Assembly (NCBI GenBank): GCA_963693365.1
Contig: CAVNZM010000010.1
Coordinates: 2,976,001-3,040,000, forward strand
Direction of reading: 5' to 3'
DNA: 64,000 nucleotides
Source of the DNA: Amoebidium appalachense
Lineage: Eukaryota; Protista; Ichthyosporea
Shown piece after piece: positions 28,326 through 39,009 of the stretch. The notes beneath the pieces are model-generated. The model was not told where the DNA came from, ran no database searches, and saw only the letters and a list, made by a program, of their open reading frames with translations. Positions within the stretch are counted from its first letter, which is position 1. Each line of letters starts with the position of its first letter. Made by a program: the position numbers and the translations under genes.

Positions 28326-31300
28326 AATGAGGCATTCAACATGCAATAGCGAGAGTCTGATTGTGTTTGTGTGTCATGGTGAAGCCGGATGGTGCGGTCT
28401 GGGGCATGTTCATGCATGTTAGGCCCGTTGGGGCTACAGGTGGCAGATCAGTTGGCAGCAACCAATCAGAGATCGTGGTTGCCGAGTACAAGCCATGGCA
28501 TGGGTTGACGCACGTGCACACAGGTCCCTTGATGACACCCACCACTTGGGCCATAGGGCCAATAGATGCCACGTCACGAACCAGGGCATGACACAGGTGT
28601 GCCTGCTGGTGCCCCCATGCATCCCAGACTGCTGACCTGCTTGTCCTCAGACCCGCGGTTCATCACTGGCAGCATTGTGTCGGCCACGGGGCAGGGCTTG
28701 AAGGATGTGATGGTCAAGCTGCTGGACGGCAAGGGGGTGGCGGTGGATGTGGTGACCAGCCAGCAGGACGGCAGCTACGCCTTCAAGCTGCCCCCCGGAG
28801 GCAGCTACCGTGTCATGGTCGTGGTGCCTGACGGCCTGCAGGTCGCCAGCGACCCAGACGGCCCCGTGGACGGGTTCGCGGCCGTGACGGTTGGGTCTGC
28901 ATCAGTCAAGGTTGGGCCCTTTGGCCTGGCTACACCACCACCCCCGCCGACCCTTGCAGGTAAGTGTGTGGGTGGCACAGTGAGGGTTGCAACCGGATGC
29001 ATGGTTTTGGCTGCTTGGGCACTGGTGTTGTGTGGGTGGGTGGCCAGGCAGCCTTGAGCATCGTGGCACATAGAACTCGGCAATCTGATAGGTGGAGCAT
29101 TTTATTTTAAAGGCTAAGCCGACAACATTCAAGGTTTAAAAAATGGTTGCAGGTCAGCATGCCCCTAGATCGGTGTCAAGCAATGCGGGCATGGTGATTG
29201 GGGTGGCATTTCAAGGCTTTCTTCTGACTGGTGGGAAACAGGCTTAAGATTGATGGAACATACGAGGTTGTGTGTCGGAGGCGGAGTTCAAAAACCTTGC
29301 TATATATAGGAACTAACCTGCCAAAAACACTTTTGAGCTCCTCAATTTTGGTCGGGGATATCTACCATTGTTCTCTTTTGCTGTGTGCTGATGACAGGGT
29401 GCACCCGCAGGGCCCACGGGCATCACGGGGACCATCTTCCAGGATGCAAACGGCAACGGCCGGGCTGACAGCGGGGAGGGCTTGAAGGATGTGATAGTCA
29501 AGCTGCTGGACGGCAAGGGGGTGGCGGTGGATGTGGTGACCAGTCAGCAGAACGGCAGCTACGCCTTCAAGCTGCCCCCCGCAGGCAGCTACCGCGTCAT
29601 GGTCGTGGTGCCCGACGGCCTGGAGGTCGCCAGCGACCCAGACGGCCCCGTCGACGGATTTGCCGCCGTGACGGTGGCACCAAACAGGCACATTCCTCGG
29701 CTGGTGTTCGGCCTCAAGCGCCCAGGTTAGTAGTAGGGTGATGCTATGTGCATGGCCTGGACAACCTGAAGGGGGGGGAGGGGGAGGGGGGGGGGGGGGG
29801 GGGGTTGAACCTCTTACCACCACTTGTGCTGACCAACGGCCAATCCGCAGTTGTGCTTGGCGGCAAGATCACAAATCTGGCCGAGCAGGGCTTGAAGGAC
29901 GTGTTGGTCAAGCTGCTGGACTACCGGGGTGTGGCATTGGATGTGGTGAGCAGCCAGCAGGACGGCGGCTACGCCTTCAAACTGCCACTGCCCGGCAGCT
30001 ACCGCATCATACTGGTGGTACCTGCGGGCATGGCTGTGGCCAGCAACCCTGACGGTGAGAACAGCGGCTTTGCTTCCATCTCCTTGGACGGCAGTGCGCC
30101 GGCCCCAGCCAACTTTGTGCTGCGCCAGGAGAATGGTGGGTGTGCAAACAGTAGAGCAAGGTTTCATGCCGGCTCTACGTCATGAGTGCTGACTGGCTGG
30201 TCCACAGAGCCCATACCGCCCCCATCCACAAGCATTGCAGGCAGCATACTGGTGGACGACAAGGGCCTTGCAAACGTCATGGTCAAGCTGCTGGACGGCA
30301 AGGGGGTGGCGGTGGATGTGGTGACCAGCCAGCAGGACGGCAGCTACGCCTTCAAGCTGCCCCCCGCAGGCAGCTACCGCGTCATGGTCGTGGTCCCCGA
30401 CGGCCTGCAGGTCGCCAGCGACCCAGACGGCCCCGTGGATGGGTTTGGGTCGGTGACTGTGAGGGCTGCCAGCCGCCTTCCCCTCCTCAACTTTGTGCTG
30501 CGCCGCACAGGTGGGTGGCAGGCACATACCTTGGAGCTGTGTGGATGTGTGGGTGTGTGGCTGTGGCCAAACCACATGTGCTGCAGGCAGCTGCAGCAAT
30601 GGCATGCTAGTGAGGGCAGAGACGGTTGGTGGTGTGCCTGCACGTTAGGGTTACTCTGTGTGCCTGGCAGGGTGGCTGACAGTATCAATTGCAGCCCCTG
30701 CCCCGGCCCCGGCCCCAACGTCAGGGGGTGCAGGCATCACAGGGCGGATTGTTACTGCCGGCACAGACAAGGGCGTCAGCGGGGTGCTTGTCAAGCTGCT
30801 GGACCCCAAGGGCACCAACCTGGACGTGGCCAACAGCCAGTCAGACGGCAGCTACAGCCTCAAGCCCCAGCCCCCCGGCACGTACCAGCTGATGGTGGTG
30901 GTGCCTGCAACCATGGCCCCGGCCACAGACCCAGATGGCGGCAAGGCCGATGGCCTGGCCCCTGTGGCCGTGCTGCCTGGCCGCCCCCTGAGTCCCTTCA
31001 ACTTTGGCCTGGCGCCGGTAAAAGGCAAGTGCATCCCCGTGTGTTGTTGATGTTGTTTGGAGGTAAGGGCACATTGGACTGACACACCGGGGTGCAGCGG
31101 CCAAGCCCGTGCCCGGGGTGACGGGGACAGTGTATGTGGACAACGACCGCAACTTTAATCTGAGCGATGGGGAGGGCCTGGCCGGCATTGCCCTGGGCCT
31201 GTATGGGCCTGATGGGGCCAAGGTGGCGGCCACCACCAGCGGGGAGGACGGAAGCTACCAGTTTGGGCCCCTACAGCCCGGCACATACCGGGTGGTGGTC

Positions 31301-31875
31301 GAGCCAGACAATGCTGACATGATCCTGGCCGCTGACCCAACGGGCGACCTCTCTGGCGAGGTCACACTCACGGTGGCCCCAGGCAGCACCATTGAGAACC
31401 AGGACTTTGGCTTCCTCCCCTTCGGTACAACTCTCTCCCCTCCCTGTTGCCCCCTGTCCTATTGTGTGTTTTTAGTGGATGGATACAAGCAGGGATCGCC
31501 ATATTGGTGGCAATGCACCACTGACACCTCTTTGGGGCCACAGAGATCCAGGAGACCAAGATCAAGGGCCGGCTGTATGTGGACCGCAACAACAACGGCC
31601 GCTACGATGCCGGGGAGGGGCTGGCCAATGTGCGTGTGTTTGTCATGGACACGGGCAACCGCATGAAGGACAAGGTGCCTACTGAGGCGGACGGCACATA
31701 CACGCTCAAGCCCATCGTGGGGGGTGACTTTGAGGTCTACTTCAAAGGCAGCGACCTGGCCCCGGGCATCACGGTGACTAGGAACAAGGACGGGGAGGAC
31801 AGCGGGTTCAACAAGGTCAAAGTGGCCATGGGTCATGAGGCCACAGGGAATGACTTTGCATTCAGGCAGGAGTAG
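22405..31875 (+). CDS. Secreted protein with 13 tandem SdrD-B/Cna-B (prealbumin-fold)-like repeats, 14 exons
   Basis: Signal exon 22405-22489, then exons 23587-23895, 25071-25352, 25742-26050, 26273-26756, 27146-27424, 27880-28188, 28651-28959, 29411-29725, 29851-30135, 30208-30510, 30695-31024, 31098-31424 and 31544-31875, all separated by phase-1 introns. Repeat pattern I.G.V..D.N.NG..D.GEGL..V.V.L.D..G....T..DG.Y.F.....G.Y.V.V...DFG. One apparent frameshift in a C-run near 26400. Confidence 0.88.
26765..26960. repeat. Approximately 29-bp intronic tandem repeat CATGCATGCACGTGCAAGCATAGAATGTA
   Basis: About 6 degenerate copies just after the exon 5 donor. Confidence 0.8.
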
Positions 31876-32353
31876 TGCGTGGGCTAAAATTAGCAAGGGC
31901 GGGGTGGAACTGATGCATTATGTGCACGTTGGAAGTGTTTGCGATACCTTAGGCTCACAGCGATGGATGGCCTCCCCGCGTTTGGGGCATTGTGTAACTT
32001 AAAGAGGGTGGGACCGTAAAAGATGCATCTAGCCGAAAGGTGCCTGTAAATTTTAGTAGCCTATCGAAAGTACATCATAAATTGGATTGTATCAGACGGT
32101 GTCGACGGCAGCCACACACAGGCTTTCCCGCCAAAGTTTGGCGCGAAACAACAGAGCTCGGAGAACGGTTCCCGGCCGAGGACGGCGCCCTGCCGGCCCG
32201 CCCTGCGGCGCCTGGAGCGCCCGGCGGTGGTTGCCTGCACCCCAGGGGGAGCATGGGGGACGCAGGGGAAAAGAAATGACAGTAATAAAACAGGAACTAG
32301 TACACCTCATTTGTTCATGAACTCATCACATCTTTTTTCAAACAAGTCCGAAC

Positions 32354-33560
32354 ATGGCGGACAAGAAAGGTAGGAAGAGAGTACAAAAACGCTCAGACAA
32401 TGCTACCAGGCTCACAAAAAAACAGCTACTAAAACTGCTAGCTGAACGCAAGAGAAATAATAGCGTCCAAGAAGAAAACAACACAGACACTAGTGCAGAG
32501 GATACACAACGGGAAACCACACAGGAACAGAGCGAGGTTAGCTCAAACAGTCAGGAAAGCACCCATAGTGAGACCAGCGTTAATACTGGGGGTGGGGGGG
32601 TATCACCCCCTTCCCCCGCCCATAGTAGCCCCAATAGCCCTAGTGTAGGTAAAAGCGATTCGGAGGAAGAATGCACCCCCCCTCGCAAAAAGCACAGAGC
32701 AGAGCTTGAAGCTACAAACACACATGCAAACACACCCACACCCACAACCACACCACGGACCGACCCCGCAGAGGGAGCAGCACAGCATGCTGTCGAGGTT
32801 GAAAATCATAGCGACGATTCCCACTCAGGTAGTGATGGCGATGACAGCAGCAGCGATGCTGAGGATGCGGGCAAGGAAAGCAGTAGCAGTGTTGGGGGCT
32901 ACAAGTCCATAGGCTCTAGTGACGATTCAGACGCCGTTCCCCTCACAGTGTTGGTCCGCCTTAGAGAACGTAGGGGTTCTCTGGGGACCGAAAATGACCC
33001 ACCCGCAGCTAGCGTCGACTGGGTTGATGCACAAAACGCGAGTGCACAAGAAACAGTCACCACAGCCCCACTATCTATAAATCCGGATGCAACCACCAAC
33101 CCCACCAGCTCACCAACCCGAGGCCCACCCCCTAAAGAACCACGTATGCCACGCACACACCCAGATGAAAGCACAATCGAAGAGGGGCTCAAGTTTTCTA
33201 ACGCTGGTCTTGATGGGAAATCGATAAAGCCCATGTACATACTCCAACACGTAGACATTTTCATACAGACCATTTGTGACAACATGCTTTGTAAACATTG
33301 TCAAAAACCATACACAAGCACCGGGTTTTCCTCCCAGCGTCGCACTTTTTTCTTTCGGTGTGGCTGTCCTGAGCGTGTATTGAAGTGGTGTACCACATTC
33401 ACCTTGGACGACAATCGCAGTCTGGACATCAATCGCCGTCTGGTTTTGGGGACTATATACACAGGTGTGCCCCCCCCCCCCCCCCCCCCACCCCTCCTCT
33501 CCAAACACACACACACACACGCACCACCATCTCAAAACCATCACCAACACACACACACAT

Positions 33561-33602
<42 letters not shown>

Positions 33603-35604
33603 GCACACACAGGCTATCTCCATCACACACACGCTTACACACACTTTGTCTTTGCAATGTGTTCAGGTGGTGATTTCAGTGGTGCACCGTGTGCGTGCGT
33701 GTGACGTGTGTGTGTGTGTGAGTGTGAGTGTGAGCCTAAACCCTAGCATGTAGGGGCTTCAATGTACAACTTGCATGTGTCTATTGGCGCACAGGTGGCA
33801 ACTGGGGGGATCATCGTGTGTTGTCCATCATAACTGGCCAGCAGCCCATGCAAAAGGCCACTTATGACCGGCAAACCAATATCATTTGGGAGTGTTTCAT
33901 TCAGATATGGAAGGCAGAACAGCAGCGGGTGGTGCGTCTAATAAGGGAAAATTGTGCATGCAAAGGACACGGTGCTGCGCATCCCACCGCCCACCCGGGC
34001 AAATACTGTCCGGTCGATGTAGTCGCAGATGGGAACTGGAGGAAGCCGCGAGGTGCGTGTGTGTCGCATGCGGTGTGGAAACGTGCGTGTGTGCGTTCGC
34101 GTGTGTGAGGATGTGTGTGTGTGTGTGTGCGTGTGCGTGTGCGTGGAAGAGTGTTTGTGTGTGTGTGAGTGTGTGTGTGTGCATGGGGGGACACTCATAC
34201 ATGCTCATCCATACAGGCAACAACTCGATGGACGGCACGGTGATATTGATGGTGCGTTTAGCGCAGGCCCTGGGCGTTGTTACGTATCTCGTCCTCGTGC
34301 ACATCAACAAACACAAAAATGGGTCATTGCTCAAACACCCAGACGTGCCATTTGCCAACCATGCGGGGTTATCGTCAAAATCGATGGATGCTAAGGGCTG
34401 CGGTGAATCAGTTCGCGTGGCGGTCACGAAAGTACAGTTGAACATCAAATCGTTTGGTCATGACGCAGACGCAGCAGCGTGGAAAGCGGTACGGGAGGAG
34501 TTGGAACAATGCCACGAGGAGTGGGAGGAGAATAACCCGGGCGAACCGTGTCCATTCGACCGCGAAACAGTTGAGCGTTTATGCAAGCAGCACGGCGCAA
34601 AACACATTAGGAAGGAACTGCACGATTTAGCGCAGGAATTCAAGCGTGTGTACAAGAAAAAACCGTACCCCGGACAGGCGAACATCGACGGCAATCAGTT
34701 ATCGGGGAGATTTGTCATGCTCTTCCGGCTCGCAATACAACAAGCAAACGGGGACAAGAATAAATTCCAGGAAATATGCCGCGTTGGCAAACAACACTAT
34801 TTCGGGAACCACTCCGAGTGCGATTTTCACGATGACACATACAAACCAACCACCCTACCCGAGATAAAAGACCCGGAGATGCAAGGGGAGATAACGGAAA
34901 CATGGGACCGGTACACGGGGGACAAGAAAGCGGAACAATTTGTTGCCAACTCCCACACCAACATGCTCGAAGCGCGCAACTCCATCGAGGGAATCTACAA
35001 TCCCAAAAATGGCCGAGACAACAATCCACGCACGCAAATCGGGTCTATGGCGGCGACCATGCAAAACAATCAACCACGCAAGTACCTGCGCATCACAATT
35101 AGAGGTTGCCACCTTGAGATCTCCCCACACATGGACAACCAAATACCCCGGTATGTGGTAGACCAGGACCGCAGTCGCGTCTTCAGGAGAACGGAGAAGG
35201 GGAGGGAAATGAACAGGAAACACAAGTCGAGGACGATGAAGGAAACGGTTAAAGCGCGGAACGATAACAGCTACGGCATGCCCAAGAAACACGTGGAGGA
35301 GGAGGGGGGCGAGGGAGATGGAGGCGTGGAGGGAAAACGGAAAGGAAAGGGGAGACACAAAAACAAAGAAACGGAGCAGGAGGGTGGGGCAGATGCAGAT
35401 GACGAAGACGAGGAGGGTGGGAAGAAACAGAAGCGACGAGGACAGAAGGAACTATCGGAGGTGTACGCAAAGGAGACGGCAGATGGGGTGGAAAAGCGCA
35501 CAGTGGAACAGTGTGGAAAGTGCCGGAGGTTCATGCTGGCGGCAAGCATGGCTGGCCATGCAAAATCTAGTAGGTGTGCATCTGTTCCCTTCGTAAAGGA
35601 GTAG
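32354..35604 (+). CDS. Kolobok DDE transposase, 3 exons, about 918 aa
   Basis: Exons 32354-33464, 33795-34052 and 34217-35604 join in frame (2757 nt). CKHC..CGC zinc motif, DINRRLV, VVADGNWRKPRG, NHAGLSSKSMD, GHDAD, CKQH, HYFGNHSEC, HTNMLEARNS. Confidence 0.88.
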
Positions 35605-36272
35605 GTGGGGTGGGAGAGGAGACAACTACACGTACAGAGAGGCCAGAATGAAAATACGTATGGATATGTATGAATGATTGTACGTATGTATTTGAGAAAG
35701 TGTATGTTGTTTTAGGGAATGTGCACGATGGGGTTTGAGGTTAGGAAAGATGAGTAGTTGCTATAGACAGACAGTTAGTGCAAAGAAACTACCGACTACG
35801 TCACAGCACACACGGAACACACACTCACACACAACACGGACATGGGAGAGTCACAACCAAACCGTTATGAATGCTGTATGTCTGTGTGTGTGTGGAGGCG
35901 AGGCGGGATGGAGAGGGGGGGGGGGGGGGGGGGGGGAGGGTTGAAAGGCAAAAGTCTACAGGAGAGCAATGCGGTATGAAGGTCGGGTCGGTATGTACAT
36001 ATTGCAGGAATGACAAGCGCGAATGAGTAAATACCGACCCAAACAACATGTTGCAGCAGAGGGCAATGATGGAGATAACGGAACCATGTGCTCAGAGCAT
36101 GTGTACAAGCCAATGTGCGTTAGTGCTTGCGTAAGTTTAGTGTGTAGCTTGACGTGTGCAGAGCAAACGGATTCACACCTTTGATGCACTGCTCTGGGTT
36201 GAGGAGACCTCGTTTATTTGGCCACCCGGGGCCGTTTGTCAATAGCCGCATGTATCGGTAGACATGCCTGCC

Positions 36273-36618
36273 TTAGCTGGGCCGAAAACCCACGTAGGCC
36301 CCTCCAGATGGCTCGGGGAACCACTCAGCTGCGAGACGCTCCGCACATGCGAGACGGACACGGGTACCCTTGGGCAAACTCTTGACCTCGATGCTTGCAA
36401 TGCGGTACAACCCAAAACGCCTGTTTTTAGGGACGAGACCACCAACAGGCATAGTTACCATTCGGATTTATGTAGTGACGGTACTTGTTATAAAAAACTT
36501 CATCGCCTAGTGCAGCTATATCTCGCACCTCTTGAACGAGTGAGTGTTCGCACGCACAATACAGCTCGGGGGTCCCTTCACAGTCAGGGCAAACGGCGAA
36601 CTCGTCGTTTTCACTCAT
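36273..36618 (-). CDS. KolX accessory protein, 2 exons, 93 aa
   Basis: Exons 36618-36485 and 36420-36273 with a 64-nt GT-AG intron give ...CPDC...YCAC...YNKRFGLYR...LPKGTRVRLACAERLAAEWFPEPSGGAYVGF, matching the KolX/P2X7-ballast pattern R..YR..LG.G.R..LP.C....IR..FP...G.Y.GF. Confidence 0.82.
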
Positions 36619-38049
36619 ATTTACTTAGTGTGTGCGCGTTTGAACAACAAAGGAAGTAAGCTTTTCTGGGCGTGTCACGCCTTTTGTACCCTCACGTCAG
36701 GAACTTCGAGGAGGGTAACAAAATCAAGGCGAACAATGTTCCCTCTGGCGTTCACTATGACAAGAGCCCCAGGCAGTTGAGACGTGCCCAGTAGCGTTGA
36801 TATAATACACATATGTATAAGCCATAAAAATAAGTAAACTCTTTAATAGTAAGGTAAAGACTCAATATTCATGCATATCATATATGAAGGCCGTATGAAT
36901 TCGTACTTCTTCCTTTGCACCGCCGAGGCTGGAGGGTGTTCCCTACCTAGCTCTAACTACAGCCTTGCCTACCAAGTAGCCTGGAAACCACTTAGCGCAT
37001 GACAACGATCCAATGGCAGATAGCCCTTTTATGGTCCCTAGTGCACTAATTGAACAAATAGCATATAGCTAATATATTTGCCATGAAAAGCCTTACTATA
37101 CTCTAAAACTGGATAAATATCTACATATAACCACGCTTTTACCGACAGGTACTACACGACAGCGCCTTGGTTTTGTATAACTCACAGGTACACGAAAGAT
37201 TGCATCTATGTAAAGCCCAATCAAATCTTCCTGTTGATCCAGCATTTCGGCGCCAAAAAACCTTATTGCGCGATCTGATTGGCTTTGCGAGGTCGACTGG
37301 CGGGAAAGCGAATGCGTGTACAGCCAATCACACGAGACTGGCGTGCACTGAATTTTGGGTGGTCGCAGAGTAGGGCAAACACACGCCGTACGGGCTGGAA
37401 AGAGGCCTCTGCGAACCAGATGCAGACCGTAAACCTATCCAAAACCCAGGAAAGTGGGGTTGGAAATTCACCACTTAATATCCCCCTCCGGCGGTCGTTC
37501 CCCGTTTCCCTTCCCGACGCCCCCTTTGATACCCTTACTATACAGCACCCACCGTCTATTAGGAAGCAAGCCCTGGGAATTTTGCTGAAGGAAAATGACA
37601 TTCGTACGCCTTTAGTATATATTAGAATAAGAATTACCAAGGCTGTAGGTGCTCCTTACGATTTTTTTTTCGAGGTGGATCTGGTTCCTAGAAAACCAGC
37701 TGTGGTCATTACGCTATACACGCCGGCCGCGATCTATTGGTTGAGGCGATCATCTCTCTAAGTGCGGCTCACTAATAGCCGGTCCAAATCGTCGCTTGAT
37801 TGGATAAAAGTCACGCTCCTATTTTATTAATAAATCTGGAGATATATGACCCGAAAACCCACCCAGTAGATCCCCTTAATGTCCATAAAGTTTACAACCA
37901 ACAATGGAACGCTCATTTAATGAACAAAATCGGCAAGAACTTTAAAACCGATTCCGGTGATGATTGGCCATTAGCCTCATTTTTTACCAAAAAGCATTTA
38001 CCAATCGTTAGAGGAGCCAGTGCAGAGGGGACACATTACCGGCTGGCTA

Positions 38050-38282
38050 GTGGGGGAGGCACACACTTAGGGGAGGGACACCTACTCTGCGTTGATTGGC
38101 CAGGGAAGTATGTGGGATACTATAGTCGGGGCGAAAGATGCCCCTGCACTCCTCTGCACCTCTCTCCGCCATCCAATCACCCGCGTGCATATTCCTGCTC
38201 TTTCGCCCCGACTATCCCACATACTTCCCTGGCCAATCAACGCACAGTGGGTGTCCCTCCCCTACGTGTGTGCCTCCCCCAC
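38050..38282. mobile_element. Foldback MITE with inverted arms of about 85 bp
   Basis: GTGGGGGAGGCACAC...GGGAAGTATGTGGGATA..GTCGGGGCGAAAG is mirrored at about 38199-38282; TA on both sides. Confidence 0.8.
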
Positions 38283-39009
38283 TACTGTGCAGTACAGCGG
38301 CCAACGCAGTTTGTTGCCGGTTTTCACTTTTTTACGGCTGAAAACCGGCAAAAGCGCGTCCTTCCTGTGTCGCATAAAGACAAATAACCATAGGTCAAAT
38401 TTTGCACATAAGCTTGTAAGCCAATGGCCTTGGGGTTTACCAAGTTTCAACTCGATCTGACATTGGGTTGTCACGCTACAGTGTCACCAATTTTCGGGTC
38501 GCACCTCAAACCAAGAAAAGGTACCATCGCTTTTGTGAGTTTTGCCAAAAACCCCAATGTCAGAATTGATTGAAAATTTACAGAATAGGAGTTTACATAT
38601 ATATTTAGTACGTAGCAAATTTTGGTGGAAAACTGTTAGAGACTTCTCTCTCCACAATTTCTCAAATTATATGCAAAATGTTCGGGTCGGGGACTTTTGG
38701 CCCGATTTGCCGGCCCGGCCGGGCGGGCCATCATAGCGAACCGGCCGACGTGAGTACAATCTTTATCCTCTCTTAATCCCGTATGGCCATGCAACATTTG
38801 CGAAACGAACTGATTGCGTTAGGATGTCGTCAGGATTTTTTTTTTTTTTTTTTTAACACACTTTTTATTGCGTGGACACTGCCGGAGGCCCAGCCACATT
38901 CGACGGCCTACTGCGTTTTCCAGCACAGCCAATCAAATGCAGCCAGTGACATATGTACATGCTAGGCAACAATGAGCGCCATCGTAGTATCTGACACCCC
39001 TATTACATA

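Larger units (their letters stand above)
32003..36842 (+). mobile_element. Kolobok DNA transposon (autonomous-looking)
   Basis: Convergent transposase and KolX genes; TTAA at 31999-32002 and 36843-36846 flanking AGAG...CTCT termini. The TIR match is only 4 bp, so the boundaries are tentative. Confidence 0.75.

Noticed and set aside
36264-36659. 131-aa plus-strand ORF
   Set aside because: Antisense to the spliced KolX gene, which carries the recognisable motif
37139-38760. Possible larger TIR element or genes (160- and 195-aa ORFs)
   Set aside because: No convincing TIR/TSD pair or protein motifs; one ORF runs through a foldback MITE
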